Assembly: GCA_027619595.1 (NCBI GenBank)
Contig: JAQCHP010000001.1
Location: 60,694 to 124,693 of the forward strand
DNA: 64,000 nucleotides
Reading direction: 5' to 3'
Source of the DNA: Planctomycetota bacterium
GTDB lineage: Bacteria > Planctomycetota > Planctomycetia > Pirellulales > Pirellulaceae
Both the position numbers and the translations under genes were made by a program. The notes beneath the pieces were generated by a model. It searched no databases. It had not been told where the DNA came from and saw nothing but the letters and a program-made list of their open reading frames with translations. Positions 1 to 8,824 of this stretch are shown here, piece by piece; the first letter of the stretch is position 1, and every line of letters starts with the position of its first letter.

Positions 1-314
1 AAGTCAAGGCGATCGTACGTCATCGTCTCCTCAAGATAAGGGAGCAATGCCGTTCGCCAAGAAAAGTTCTCCCATGTCAGTGGTCGGTCGGTGCGCCAAA
101 TTGCCGGGATGTGCTCGGAGTTCGCTGACGAATAATTTACCGTTGCCAGTGCCAGTTGACGCAGCTGATTTTGACACGTCGTCTTGCGACTCGACTCGCG
201 TACCGCCTGAACGGCAGGCAGAAGAATCGCGACGAGAACGCCAATGATCGCCACAACAACCAATAATTCCACCAGTGTCATGGCCCGATGATGATCGGTG
301 AGAGTTTGTTTCAT
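1..314 (-). CDS. DUF1559 / prepilin-type N-terminal domain protein (3' end runs off the window)
   Basis: ATG at 312-314 (minus) overlaps the kinase TGA (ATGA). Translation is MKQTLTDHHRAMTLVELLVVVAIIGVLVAILLPAVQAVRESSRKTTCQNQLRQLALATVNY..., a prepilin-like methylation/TM segment plus DUF1559-type sequence typical of Planctomycetota. There is no stop before position 1, so it is absent from the ORF track. Confidence 0.75.
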   Translation of the reverse strand, partial: MKQTLTDHHRAMTLVELLVVVAIIGVLVAILLPAVQAVRESSRKTTCQNQLRQLALATVNYSSANSEHIPAIWRTDRPLTWENFSWRTALLPYLEETMTYDRLD

Positions 315-2331
315 CGCAGTTGCTCATAGCTGAGTTCAAGATGAGAGAACCGAACTTCTCCCCCGGAACAAACCAAACCGATCGTTCCTGAGAACTTTCG
401 ATCGAGTTCATGAAGAGGAAGCGTTTGGTGGTATTCAGCGTCATACTCATGGTGCCAGATTCCCCACGGAACCGGCTCCTGATTCCAAACGACCATGGGC
501 TCACCGCGTTCGCCTATTTGCAGTTCGAGCTGATTTACATCGTTTCTCACCGTGTCGAGAAGTGAGTGCGCGATATTCGCAGTTTCAATGACCGACGGTT
601 CTGTCCATTGTATGTATTGCCAACGGAGGACTCGAACACCTTCGGCCGCAGGCGGTGAAATTGTAATGGCATGAAAACGATGGCAAATCGCGTTGGCTTT
701 CTCCGGTACTGCGGCGCGGACTTCCGATCGACCTGCGAAGAAGAAGCCGGATTGTACGTTTGGCGACGTTGCGGCGATTCTCGCCCGGAGTCGGAACGGT
801 GTCGTGACAGGGCGACCTAGTTTCCATGCACAACGTCCCTGGGAGATAATCTGTAATGATTGATTTTGGAGATCGAGGTGCGCAATTGGCTGTTCGCGCA
901 GATTCGTTCCAGATTCGGTCAGCCACGGTGTATTTTCTGTCGAGCCGTTTAGCAAAGGTCGCCACATCTCCGTGCGGAACTTGGGTTGGTCGCGAAGAGT
1001 CGTTGGCATCGACCGAATTCCGGCCGCCAGCAACGTCGTACAGGCGGCGGCGATGAGCGTCCGACGCGACACCAATTTCCGACTTGGTTTTCGCGGAGCG
1101 TACTGTGATTCAACGACATCAGGGTCAGCAGGAATCCAAGTGCGCGCCAGGTGCTGCAATTGAGATTGGCTTGTCCAAGTGGACAGCTGGCGTACTACTT
1201 CACCGGCGTCGGATGGCCGTGCCGGGGGATCTTTGGCCAACATTGCTTGTACTAACGCGTCCAATCGATGGGGACAATCGGGACGTGACATACGTACGGA
1301 CGGAGGACCCACATGAAGGTGTGCTTCCCGCCGATCGATTCCTTGACCTCGAAATGGCGGATGGCCCACAAGAAGTGCGTAGAGGGTACATCCGAGCCCA
1401 TAGATGTCAGTGGCCGAGGAGGGGGCAGGCTCTCCCGTCCACTGTTCGGGAGCCATGTAGTCGGCCGTGCCACGGGGCAATTGCTCCTCCCAATTGCTTC
1501 CGTTTTGGTTTTTTGTGGCAAGACCAAGATCTAAGATGCGAACCTGCCCCAGGCGTGAAAGGAGCAAGTTGGACGGTTTGATGTCTCGATGGATGAATCC
1601 GCGTTGGTGCGCAGCGTCGAGACCCACGGCGGCCTGCGCCACAATTTCGCATGCGTCGGCAATTTGCAGTGGTCCCGTCTTGCGAAGGAAGCGTGAAAGA
1701 TCCCACCCTCCCACATACTCCATGACGAGGAAGTGCATTCCGTTTGCCTCCCCTGCGTCGGTTCCGCGAATGATGTGCGGATGTTCTAGTTTCCCTACGG
1801 CTTGCATTTCCCTGAAGAACTCTTGAGCCCCCCCCCATGTGCGCGTGGACTTAAGACTTTGATGGCGACTACGCGGTCTAACCGTAGGTGCCGTGCCTTG
1901 TAGACGGCCCCGGTCGCGCCGTGACCTAAACACGAACAGAGTTCATAACCGGCCAGCTGGTAGGGGAGCGGCAGCCTGTCGCTGCGTCGATCACCGCCGG
2001 TCGCGTCGAGGTCCAACAGGCTTTGCCAATACGAATCCGCAATGGTTGGGTCGGGGCAGCTATTCCACAGTTGAGCATAAAGACGCCGAAATTCTGGTTC
2101 GTCTTCGTCCGTCGCTGGTACGGAGGCAAGTATACGAACTAGGGAATCACTTTCTTCCGACAGCTCATGCAAGGATTGTGAGCAGCGAGAACAGACCGCG
2201 ACGTGTGCGTGGAGTGATGCGAGTTCACTAGTTCCCAATGTCCCAGAATCCAAGGAACGCAACAGTGCCTCGGAAGGGCATGTTGCCCACTCGCTATTCG
2301 GAGGCCCTGGGTCGTTCGGACGGGAGAGCAT
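311..2331 (-). pseudogene. Membrane Ser/Thr protein kinase with anti-sigma-like HxxxCxxC N-terminus; reading frame broken at a C9 tract
   Basis: ORFs 1795..2331 and 311..1933 carry consecutive parts of one Hanks kinase. The first has LGHGATGAVYKA and VAIKVL. The second has EMQAVGKLEHPHI, HRDIKPSNLLL, DLGLA and GTADYMAPE. The frames switch at 1828..1836. The N-terminus has HAHVAVCSRC. A TM helix (LIAAACTTLLAAGI) is followed by a roughly 230-aa outside domain. Confidence 0.7.
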
Positions 2332-2956
2332 TAAATTCCTCGCGTAATCGTCGCAATATCCGCATCTTCACGAGCCGTACTGCGTTGGCGGTCATTTCAA
2401 ATTCTTGCGCTACTTCGGTTGCATTTTGGCCATCAACGACGAGTCGCCAGAACAACTGCCAATCCCGGGTTGAAAAACCTTTGCGAATATCCGCTAACCG
2501 AACGTAATCGGCCGGCCCCAGGGCAAGCCTGTTCTCAAAACGATTGTCTCGGCCTGAGTCACTTGAGTCAGAATATTCATCGTTGGCCACATTCTCTAGC
2601 CGCAGAAGCGCGTCGGTCCCCCCGCGAGCCTGATCGCACTGACGAACCATCTGACGGAACTGGTCATGGATTTTGTTCCTGGTTATCGTTCGAATCCAAC
2701 ATCGAAATGAGCCAACTTGATCTCCTCGTTCAAACGTCGGCAACGCCCGTGCCACAGCTTGAAACACCTCTTGCGTCACGTTGCTCGAGTCGGCTGGCTG
2801 TAATCCGGCACAGCGACACCAGCGATAGACGCGTCGACCATATCGACCGACCATCCGCTGCCAAGCGGTGGCCTGACCCAATTGCGCCTCGGCCAACAGT
2901 CGGACTGAGGTCTCCCCGGTCGAATCATCGTTAGAGGAAACGAAAGAGCGCTTCAC
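2294..2956 (-). CDS. ECF-type RNA polymerase sigma factor (Ser/Thr-kinase-associated)
   Basis: 220 aa with GTG start and AAGGAGA 11 nt upstream. Region 2 reads RRVYRWCRCAGLQPADSSNVTQEVFQAVARAL...FRCWIRTITRNKIHDQFR. Region 4 HTH reads ATEVAQEFEMTANAVRLVKMRILRRLRE. Its stop overlaps the kinase start by 38 nt. Confidence 0.85.
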   Translation of the reverse strand: MKRSFVSSNDDSTGETSVRLLAEAQLGQATAWQRMVGRYGRRVYRWCRCAGLQPADSSNVTQEVFQAVARALPTFERGDQVGSFRCWIRTITRNKIHDQFRQMVRQCDQARGGTDALLRLENVANDEYSDSSDSGRDNRFENRLALGPADYVRLADIRKGFSTRDWQLFWRLVVDGQNATEVAQEFEMTANAVRLVKMRILRRLREEFNALPSERPRASE

Positions 2957-3170
2957 GTGGGGGGGATCTCCTTAGGTTAAGCAAAGTTTCGACGAACCTG
3001 ATTTTACACGGAAGGAGGCAAATACCGCAAACAATCGGTCGACTTTTACTGTCCCCGAGCCACATACCGCCGGGGTGGCGACGGTGGGCCTGTCGAGCCT
3101 TCTCGGGTCCCGACGGCGTTCCGTCTGTTAACGGTGGCGGCCGCATCTGTAGCGTTTGCCGTGGTCGAAA

Positions 3171-4598
3171 TTAGGCGACTTTGGACTGTGGGTCGTCTTC
3201 TGCGGCTAGTTTGTTGTAGAGCGTTTTGACGCTGATGCCCAACTCTTCCGCCACCTTGGCGCGGTTACCTTGGTGGCGCGCCATACTGCATTGAATGGCC
3301 CAAAGTTCAAGGTCTCGCAGTGTGGCCGGTGCAAGTTTTGCGAGGACGGTTTGCGGTGAGGCGGCCCGATCACGCGGAGTTGGCAGGTGGTCTACCCGTA
3401 TCGGAAGCGATTCGCAGAGAATTGACGCGTGTTCGATCGCGTTCGACAACTCCCGTACGTTGCCTGGCCATCGATGGGTGGAAAGGTACTTGATGGTGTC
3501 GCCGGAGAAATAGCTTTCCGTCGTGCGTGCAGACATATTTGTGTTGACGAGCGTTGGTAGAAAGCGACGCAGCAAATGGACAGCTAAGTCAGGAATGTCC
3601 GCCGCACGCTCACGCAGCGGCGGTACCTGAATCTCAAAAGTGTTAACGCGAAAAAGGAGATCTTCGCGAAAATCACCGTCATTGACCATTTGTTCCAGGT
3701 CCCTGTGCGTTGCGCAGACGACGCGCACATCGACGCGAACTGAATCCCGTTCTCCGATTCGGCGAATCTCGCCACTTTCCAGCACCCTCAGCAGTTTCGC
3801 CTGCATGCTTTTCGGCAGCTCACCAATTTCATCTAAGAACAACGTACCGCCGTGCGCCATCTCGAAGAGGCCAACCCGTGCTTGGTCGGCGCCAGTGAAT
3901 GCACCTTTACAGTGTCCGAATAATTCGCTTTCGATCAGTGTCTCAGGAAAAGCACCGCAATTGACGGCGACAAACGGTTGATCATGGCGTGGACTTTGTT
4001 CGTGCAGAGATTTTGCCACGAGTTCTTTTCCGGTGCCAGTTTCGCCACGTATGAGTACCGTGGCAGTTTTTCCAGCGACCTTCTGGACCAGTTCTTGGAC
4101 ACGTTGCATGACCTGCGATTGGCCGATGAGTTGTGTTTTTCCTTCGATGTGTTCGAGGCGACGTTCCAATACGCGGCACCGATTGGCAAGTTCGCGTTTG
4201 AGGGCAACTTGGTGGAGAATTTTTTCCAAGTCGGCCATCTTGCACGGCTTCGTAAGGTAGTCAAACGCCCCTTGTCGCAGTGCTGCGACGGCGGTCTGTA
4301 GCGACGATTTTCCGGTGAGAACGATCGCTTCCGCTCCCATTTGCATTTCATTGGCCTTAGCGATGACCTCGACGCCGCTGAGCCCAGGCATGTCGAGGTC
4401 AACCAGCAGGCAGTCGTAGGTGTTTCTTTCCAGAGCGGCGACCGCAGTAATTCCGTCAGGGCATACGGTAACTTCGTGTCCACGTCGCGGCAGTTCGATG
4501 CGCATTAACTCTTGCAGCGACGATTCGTCATCGGCGAACAGGATTCGCAGAGGTTTAAGCGGCTTGGTATTGATGTTGTGCCCCTTTCGGTTGGTCAT
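3171..4598 (-). CDS. Sigma-54-dependent response regulator (NtrC family: REC + AAA+ + Fis-type HTH)
   Basis: REC domain: ILFADDE...LLVDLDMPG...TKP. Walker A: GETGTGKE. Intact ESELFGHCKGAFTGA motif. Walker B: TLFLDEIG. Also WPGNVREL, and a C-terminal HTH (NRAKVAEELGISVKTLYNKL). Confidence 0.9.
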   Translation of the reverse strand: MTNRKGHNINTKPLKPLRILFADDESSLQELMRIELPRRGHEVTVCPDGITAVAALERNTYDCLLVDLDMPGLSGVEVIAKANEMQMGAEAIVLTGKSSLQTAVAALRQGAFDYLTKPCKMADLEKILHQVALKRELANRCRVLERRLEHIEGKTQLIGQSQVMQRVQELVQKVAGKTATVLIRGETGTGKELVAKSLHEQSPRHDQPFVAVNCGAFPETLIESELFGHCKGAFTGADQARVGLFEMAHGGTLFLDEIGELPKSMQAKLLRVLESGEIRRIGERDSVRVDVRVVCATHRDLEQMVNDGDFREDLLFRVNTFEIQVPPLRERAADIPDLAVHLLRRFLPTLVNTNMSARTTESYFSGDTIKYLSTHRWPGNVRELSNAIEHASILCESLPIRVDHLPTPRDRAASPQTVLAKLAPATLRDLELWAIQCSMARHQGNRAKVAEELGISVKTLYNKLAAEDDPQSKVA

Positions 4599-6177
4599 GT
4601 TCGGGCGCGGGCAAGCAAATGGTCACCTCGGACCCTTGTCCTTGTCCTGGGCTGCATACGCTAATATCGCCTCCGTGGTCGGAGACAATCCGATAGGTAA
4701 TCGACATTCCCAGCCCTGTTCCTTGTCCATCGCGTCGGCGCGTAAAGAATGGTTCAAATAAGTGACGCTGAACCTCTTCCGTCATTCCACAGCCGTTGTC
4801 TCGTACCCGCAGGTGGACGGTCGAACCGGTTTTCTGGATGCTTACCCAGACGGTTCCGCCGGCGTCCAAACTGTCGAGACCGTTCGTAATAAGATTTAAG
4901 ACCACTTGTTTCCATTCTTGCGGGTTAATACGAACGTACACTGGAGTGGCGTCTTCCAGTACGATGTTTTTTTCCCGGTACTTTCCTAAATGTCGCACCA
5001 TTTCAATCACCGCGATGACAAGTTCTGATAGATTTGTCTCGTGCCGTTCTACGTCGCCTAAGCGGGAGAAATCGAGCAAACCATTCGTGATTTCTTTGCA
5101 ACGAAAAGCCTCGTCTTGAATCATGCGCAAATACTGCCGCAATATCGTAATCTCTTGATTGTGCTCCGCGTCATCCAACTGATCGTCAGCTTGGATAATG
5201 TCGTGTAAGCGATCCTCCAGGGATTCGGCGCACATGGCAATGGACGCCAGCGGATTGTTGATCTCGTGTGCGACCCCAGCCGCCAAGAACCCTACGCTGG
5301 CGAGTTGTTCACTGCGAACCACTTCACGCGTTCGTTCTTGGACTTGCCGATCCAGGTCGTCACGAACCTCGCGAAAGCGGTCGGTCATATGGTTCATCGC
5401 ATCGGCGAGTTCGGCCATTTCGTCTTGTGTTGACAATTGAATATGGTGGCGAAAGTCTCCTGTCGCGACACGTCGCGAGCCACTGAAGAGTACACGTAAC
5501 GGACGAAATATCCATACATAAACCAATCGCACTAACAGCAAGACTAAGCCCAGTGCCAAAATGCAATTGACCCAAACGAGCAGGATCCACGTCCGATATT
5601 TGACTCGCGAATGGCTGGCAAGTTCGTCCATGCGGTCGAGGAGCGGTTTGGGGAGTTGGAGCGACAATCGACCAATCGACCTGAGGTCCTGTCGCATGGC
5701 GTCGAGGTGGAACTCTTCGAGCCACCAATCTTGACTTGCGTGCCGTATTTCCAGCTGGTTGAGAATCGAATCGACTTGTAAGAGTGTTTGCCGCTCTTGT
5801 CCTTGGCTTCCCACAAGATGTTTGGCCTGCTCACTTTTCTGTAGTTGTTCTCGATAGTCCTCCAGCTTCCGTCGGTATCCGGTGAGGCCATCCAGGAAAT
5901 CCAGGCGGGCAGGCGCGTCAGGACGGTCCAAGACATCCGCAGAGACCAATATTTTTCGCTCGACGAAAAGAGCGGACTGCATTTGACCGACCTGTTCCAG
6001 GAGTTCGAACGCCAGGGCCACTTCGGTGGCGCGTTGGCTGACGCTCCGTACGATCGATCGATAGCCATAGACTCCGCTAAAGCCTCCCAAAGCCAGTAGG
6101 CCTACGCAAATGAGAAGTACGCCGGTGCACAACCAGAGCTTCCTGCGAATTGACCAGCGAGCCATTAGGTCCGACAT
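4555..6177 (-). CDS. Sensor histidine kinase (two TM segments, HAMP, HisKA, HATPase_c)
   Basis: H-box VAHEINNPL, N-box LNLITNGLDS, G-boxes DNGCGM and GTGLGMSI. The HAMP-like segment lies after the second TM helix. The gene overlaps the response-regulator ORF by 44 nt, so the regulator start is uncertain. Confidence 0.85.
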   Translation of the reverse strand: MSDLMARWSIRRKLWLCTGVLLICVGLLALGGFSGVYGYRSIVRSVSQRATEVALAFELLEQVGQMQSALFVERKILVSADVLDRPDAPARLDFLDGLTGYRRKLEDYREQLQKSEQAKHLVGSQGQERQTLLQVDSILNQLEIRHASQDWWLEEFHLDAMRQDLRSIGRLSLQLPKPLLDRMDELASHSRVKYRTWILLVWVNCILALGLVLLLVRLVYVWIFRPLRVLFSGSRRVATGDFRHHIQLSTQDEMAELADAMNHMTDRFREVRDDLDRQVQERTREVVRSEQLASVGFLAAGVAHEINNPLASIAMCAESLEDRLHDIIQADDQLDDAEHNQEITILRQYLRMIQDEAFRCKEITNGLLDFSRLGDVERHETNLSELVIAVIEMVRHLGKYREKNIVLEDATPVYVRINPQEWKQVVLNLITNGLDSLDAGGTVWVSIQKTGSTVHLRVRDNGCGMTEEVQRHLFEPFFTRRRDGQGTGLGMSITYRIVSDHGGDISVCSPGQGQGSEVTICLPAPEHDQPKGAQHQYQAA

Positions 6178-6536
6178 GGCTGTCCTCGGTTGTGTTTGCC
6201 TGCGTTATGAATGGCGTCCGAGGTGGTCGCCGATGGGTCCACCCGTCGTAACTGCCGCGCCGCGGCGAGTTTACTCGCGTGGCCGCTAGAAAAGCAAGCC
6301 GAACCGACCGATTCCGCAGGCCTGCTATCACTTCGCGGCCGGTTCGGCCTTGTGATTTCTGAAAACGATGCGTACGATACCAACGGGAAGTTGCGGTTCC
6401 CGAGGATGACCTGTGTCGATAGGTTCGGCCTGGCCTTTGCGATCCGCAGCACCTGAATACCGGATCCCTTTCGGTGTCCCATCCGCAATCGAACTCGTCC
6501 CTTGTACCCCCCTCCGATTTCGCAGGAAAGGCAGCC

Positions 6537-8729
6537 ATGCATCGTTTCCTTTGCTCCTTCGCGTCTGGCCCTTTTTCCAAGTGGCGTTACCGTTCGGTAG
6601 TGGCAGGTGGCTTTTTTGTTGGTGTCCTTGGGGCGATCGTCGGTGAGGTGCCCGCGGAGTTGACCGGGCCGACGGCGCAGGATCGGGCCATCGCATCGGT
6701 TGTGTCGACGCTCATCTCGACCGAACACCTAACGGCCCAACCACTGGATGACAAGATCGCCGAACGCGCGATCCACGTTTTTCTCAAGCAACTCGATCCT
6801 TTGAAGTTCTATTTCCTACAGGCCGACGTGGACGAATTCGAAAAGCGGACGATTACAATCGACGATTCCGTTCGAAAAGGGGACGTTCGATTCGCGTTCG
6901 ACGTTTTTCGGCGGTTCTTGAAGCGCATGGACGAAAGGATGGTCGATATCCAAGAACTGCTTCTGCAGCAGCATGATTTTACGCTGGATGAGGTGATGAC
7001 GACCGATCCCAAGCTGCGGGCTTACGCCAAGAATGCTGAGCAAGCCAGGGATATTTGGCGGCAACGCATCAAGCTCGACCTGTTGCGGTTGAAGGCCGAC
7101 GATGCCGACGATGCGGAAGAACTGGCGGATCGTAAACGTGACGAAGCAGAAACTACGAACGGTCCGATTCCTGTCGAACGGCCAAACACCGATGGAAAAA
7201 CGATTTCCGACAAGACACCGGTCGAAAGGTTGCAGCGGAGGTATCGAACGTTCGCGGAACGCATGCACCAAATTGACGCAGGTGAACTGCTCGAAATGTA
7301 CTTGACGTCGTTTACGACGTCGTTTGATCCTCATTCCACCTATATGTCGCGGGATCAACTCGAAGATTTTCAGATTTCCATGCAGTTGCATCTCGAAGGG
7401 ATTGGTGCGGCACTCGAAATGGATGACGGAAATACGAAAGTGGCGAACGTGATTCCCGGCGGAGCTGCGGCCAAGGAGGGTTCTATCAAGCCACAGGATC
7501 GGATTGTGTCGGTCGGGCAAGGTCTGGACGGTCCGCTAGAAGATGTGGTTGACATGAAGTTGCGGGATGTGGTGAAGAAAATTCGAGGGCCGGCTGCCAC
7601 TGTCGTGCGGCTGGGCGTTGTTTCGCCAGGATCTGCTGTGACCAGAACCGTCGCAATTACTCGCGAAACGATCCAGTTGGAGGACAGCGCAGCACGGAGT
7701 GTTGTCGTGGAACGCGGAACGAAAGCGAACGGGAGTCCGTATCGAATTGGTGTGATTGATTTACCGAGCTTCTACATGGATATGGACGCTGCTCGCTCCG
7801 GATCACAGGATTTCAAGAGCACGACTCGGGATGTCCGCCGACTCTTGGGAAAATTCTCACAAGAAAACGTCGACGTGGTTGTCTTGAATCTGCGCCGCAA
7901 CGGTGGTGGTAGTTTAACGGAAGCAATTGATCTGACGGGGTTGTTCATCGATCGCGGGCCCGTCGTCCAGGTGAAAAAGTCCGATGGAACTGTTCATCCC
8001 TACTACGACGAAGAGGCGGGGATGGCGTGGTCAGGACCGCTTGTCGTTCTCACGGGAAAGCTGAGTGCTAGCGCCAGCGAAATCTTGGCCGGTGCTGTGC
8101 AAGACTACGGTCGCGCATTGATCGTGGGTGACCAGTCGACTCATGGGAAAGGGACAGTCCAAAGCCTATTGGATCTCGCTAACCAGATGTTCCCCGGAAT
8201 CAAGAGTAGGCAGAATTTTGGTGCTTTGAAAATCACGATACAGCAGTTTTATCGTCCGAGCGGTGATAGCACTCAAAAACGAGGTGTGCTTGCTGATGTT
8301 CCTTTGCCGTCCATGACCACCCATTTGGATGGTGCCGAGCAAGATCTGGAATATGCGGTGGAATTCGATCAAGTTCGCAATGCCCGATTTGTTCGGTATA
8401 ATATGGTCACGCCAGAAATTGTGAAAGAGCTTATCGCACGATCCGAGGCGAGACGCCGTGCTTCAGAAGATTTTGCCAAGCTCGATCGAGATATTGGTCG
8501 TTATCGGAGCCAAAAAGACCGCAAGTCGGTAACGCTCAATGAGGCCAAGTTCTTCGAGGAACGGGCTGAGTTGGATGCGGAAAAGACGGACGAGAAGCAA
8601 TTTAAGGATCAGCAAGTCAAGCCGCACGACGAGGTCTTCGAGCAGAACTTCTATAACAACGAAGTGCTGGATCTGTCGGTGGACTACCTGCAATTACTAG
8701 CGAATATCCCAGTGGCACAAGCTCGTTAG
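6537..8729 (+). CDS. prc: Carboxy-terminal processing (tail-specific) protease, S41 family with PDZ
   Basis: The ORF is open from 6474. I prefer ATG 6537, which follows AGGAAAGG and starts MHRFLCSF... plus a TM/signal segment. PDZ segment: IPGGAAAKEGSIKPQDRIVSVG. S41 core: NGGGSL...SASASEILAGAVQDYGRALIVGDQSTHGKGTVQ. Confidence 0.85.
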   Translation: MHRFLCSFASGPFSKWRYRSVVAGGFFVGVLGAIVGEVPAELTGPTAQDRAIASVVSTLISTEHLTAQPLDDKIAERAIHVFLKQLDPLKFYFLQADVDEFEKRTITIDDSVRKGDVRFAFDVFRRFLKRMDERMVDIQELLLQQHDFTLDEVMTTDPKLRAYAKNAEQARDIWRQRIKLDLLRLKADDADDAEELADRKRDEAETTNGPIPVERPNTDGKTISDKTPVERLQRRYRTFAERMHQIDAGELLEMYLTSFTTSFDPHSTYMSRDQLEDFQISMQLHLEGIGAALEMDDGNTKVANVIPGGAAAKEGSIKPQDRIVSVGQGLDGPLEDVVDMKLRDVVKKIRGPAATVVRLGVVSPGSAVTRTVAITRETIQLEDSAARSVVVERGTKANGSPYRIGVIDLPSFYMDMDAARSGSQDFKSTTRDVRRLLGKFSQENVDVVVLNLRRNGGGSLTEAIDLTGLFIDRGPVVQVKKSDGTVHPYYDEEAGMAWSGPLVVLTGKLSASASEILAGAVQDYGRALIVGDQSTHGKGTVQSLLDLANQMFPGIKSRQNFGALKITIQQFYRPSGDSTQKRGVLADVPLPSMTTHLDGAEQDLEYAVEFDQVRNARFVRYNMVTPEIVKELIARSEARRRASEDFAKLDRDIGRYRSQKDRKSVTLNEAKFFEERAELDAEKTDEKQFKDQQVKPHDEVFEQNFYNNEVLDLSVDYLQLLANIPVAQAR

Positions 8730-8824
8730 ATGGTTGGGAGCTTTTTGTGCCAGTCGCGTAAAACACGCTTGCGACCTGCGGGTCGTGAGGGTTGTTGTTT
8801 TATGTAGGTACTTTTGTGTGAGTA

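Noticed and set aside
6077-6728. Minus-strand ORFs (167 aa and 187 aa) spanning the HK/prc intergenic region
   Set aside because: They are Arg-rich, lack motifs, and overlap the 5' end of prc and the divergent promoter region. They are most likely non-coding.
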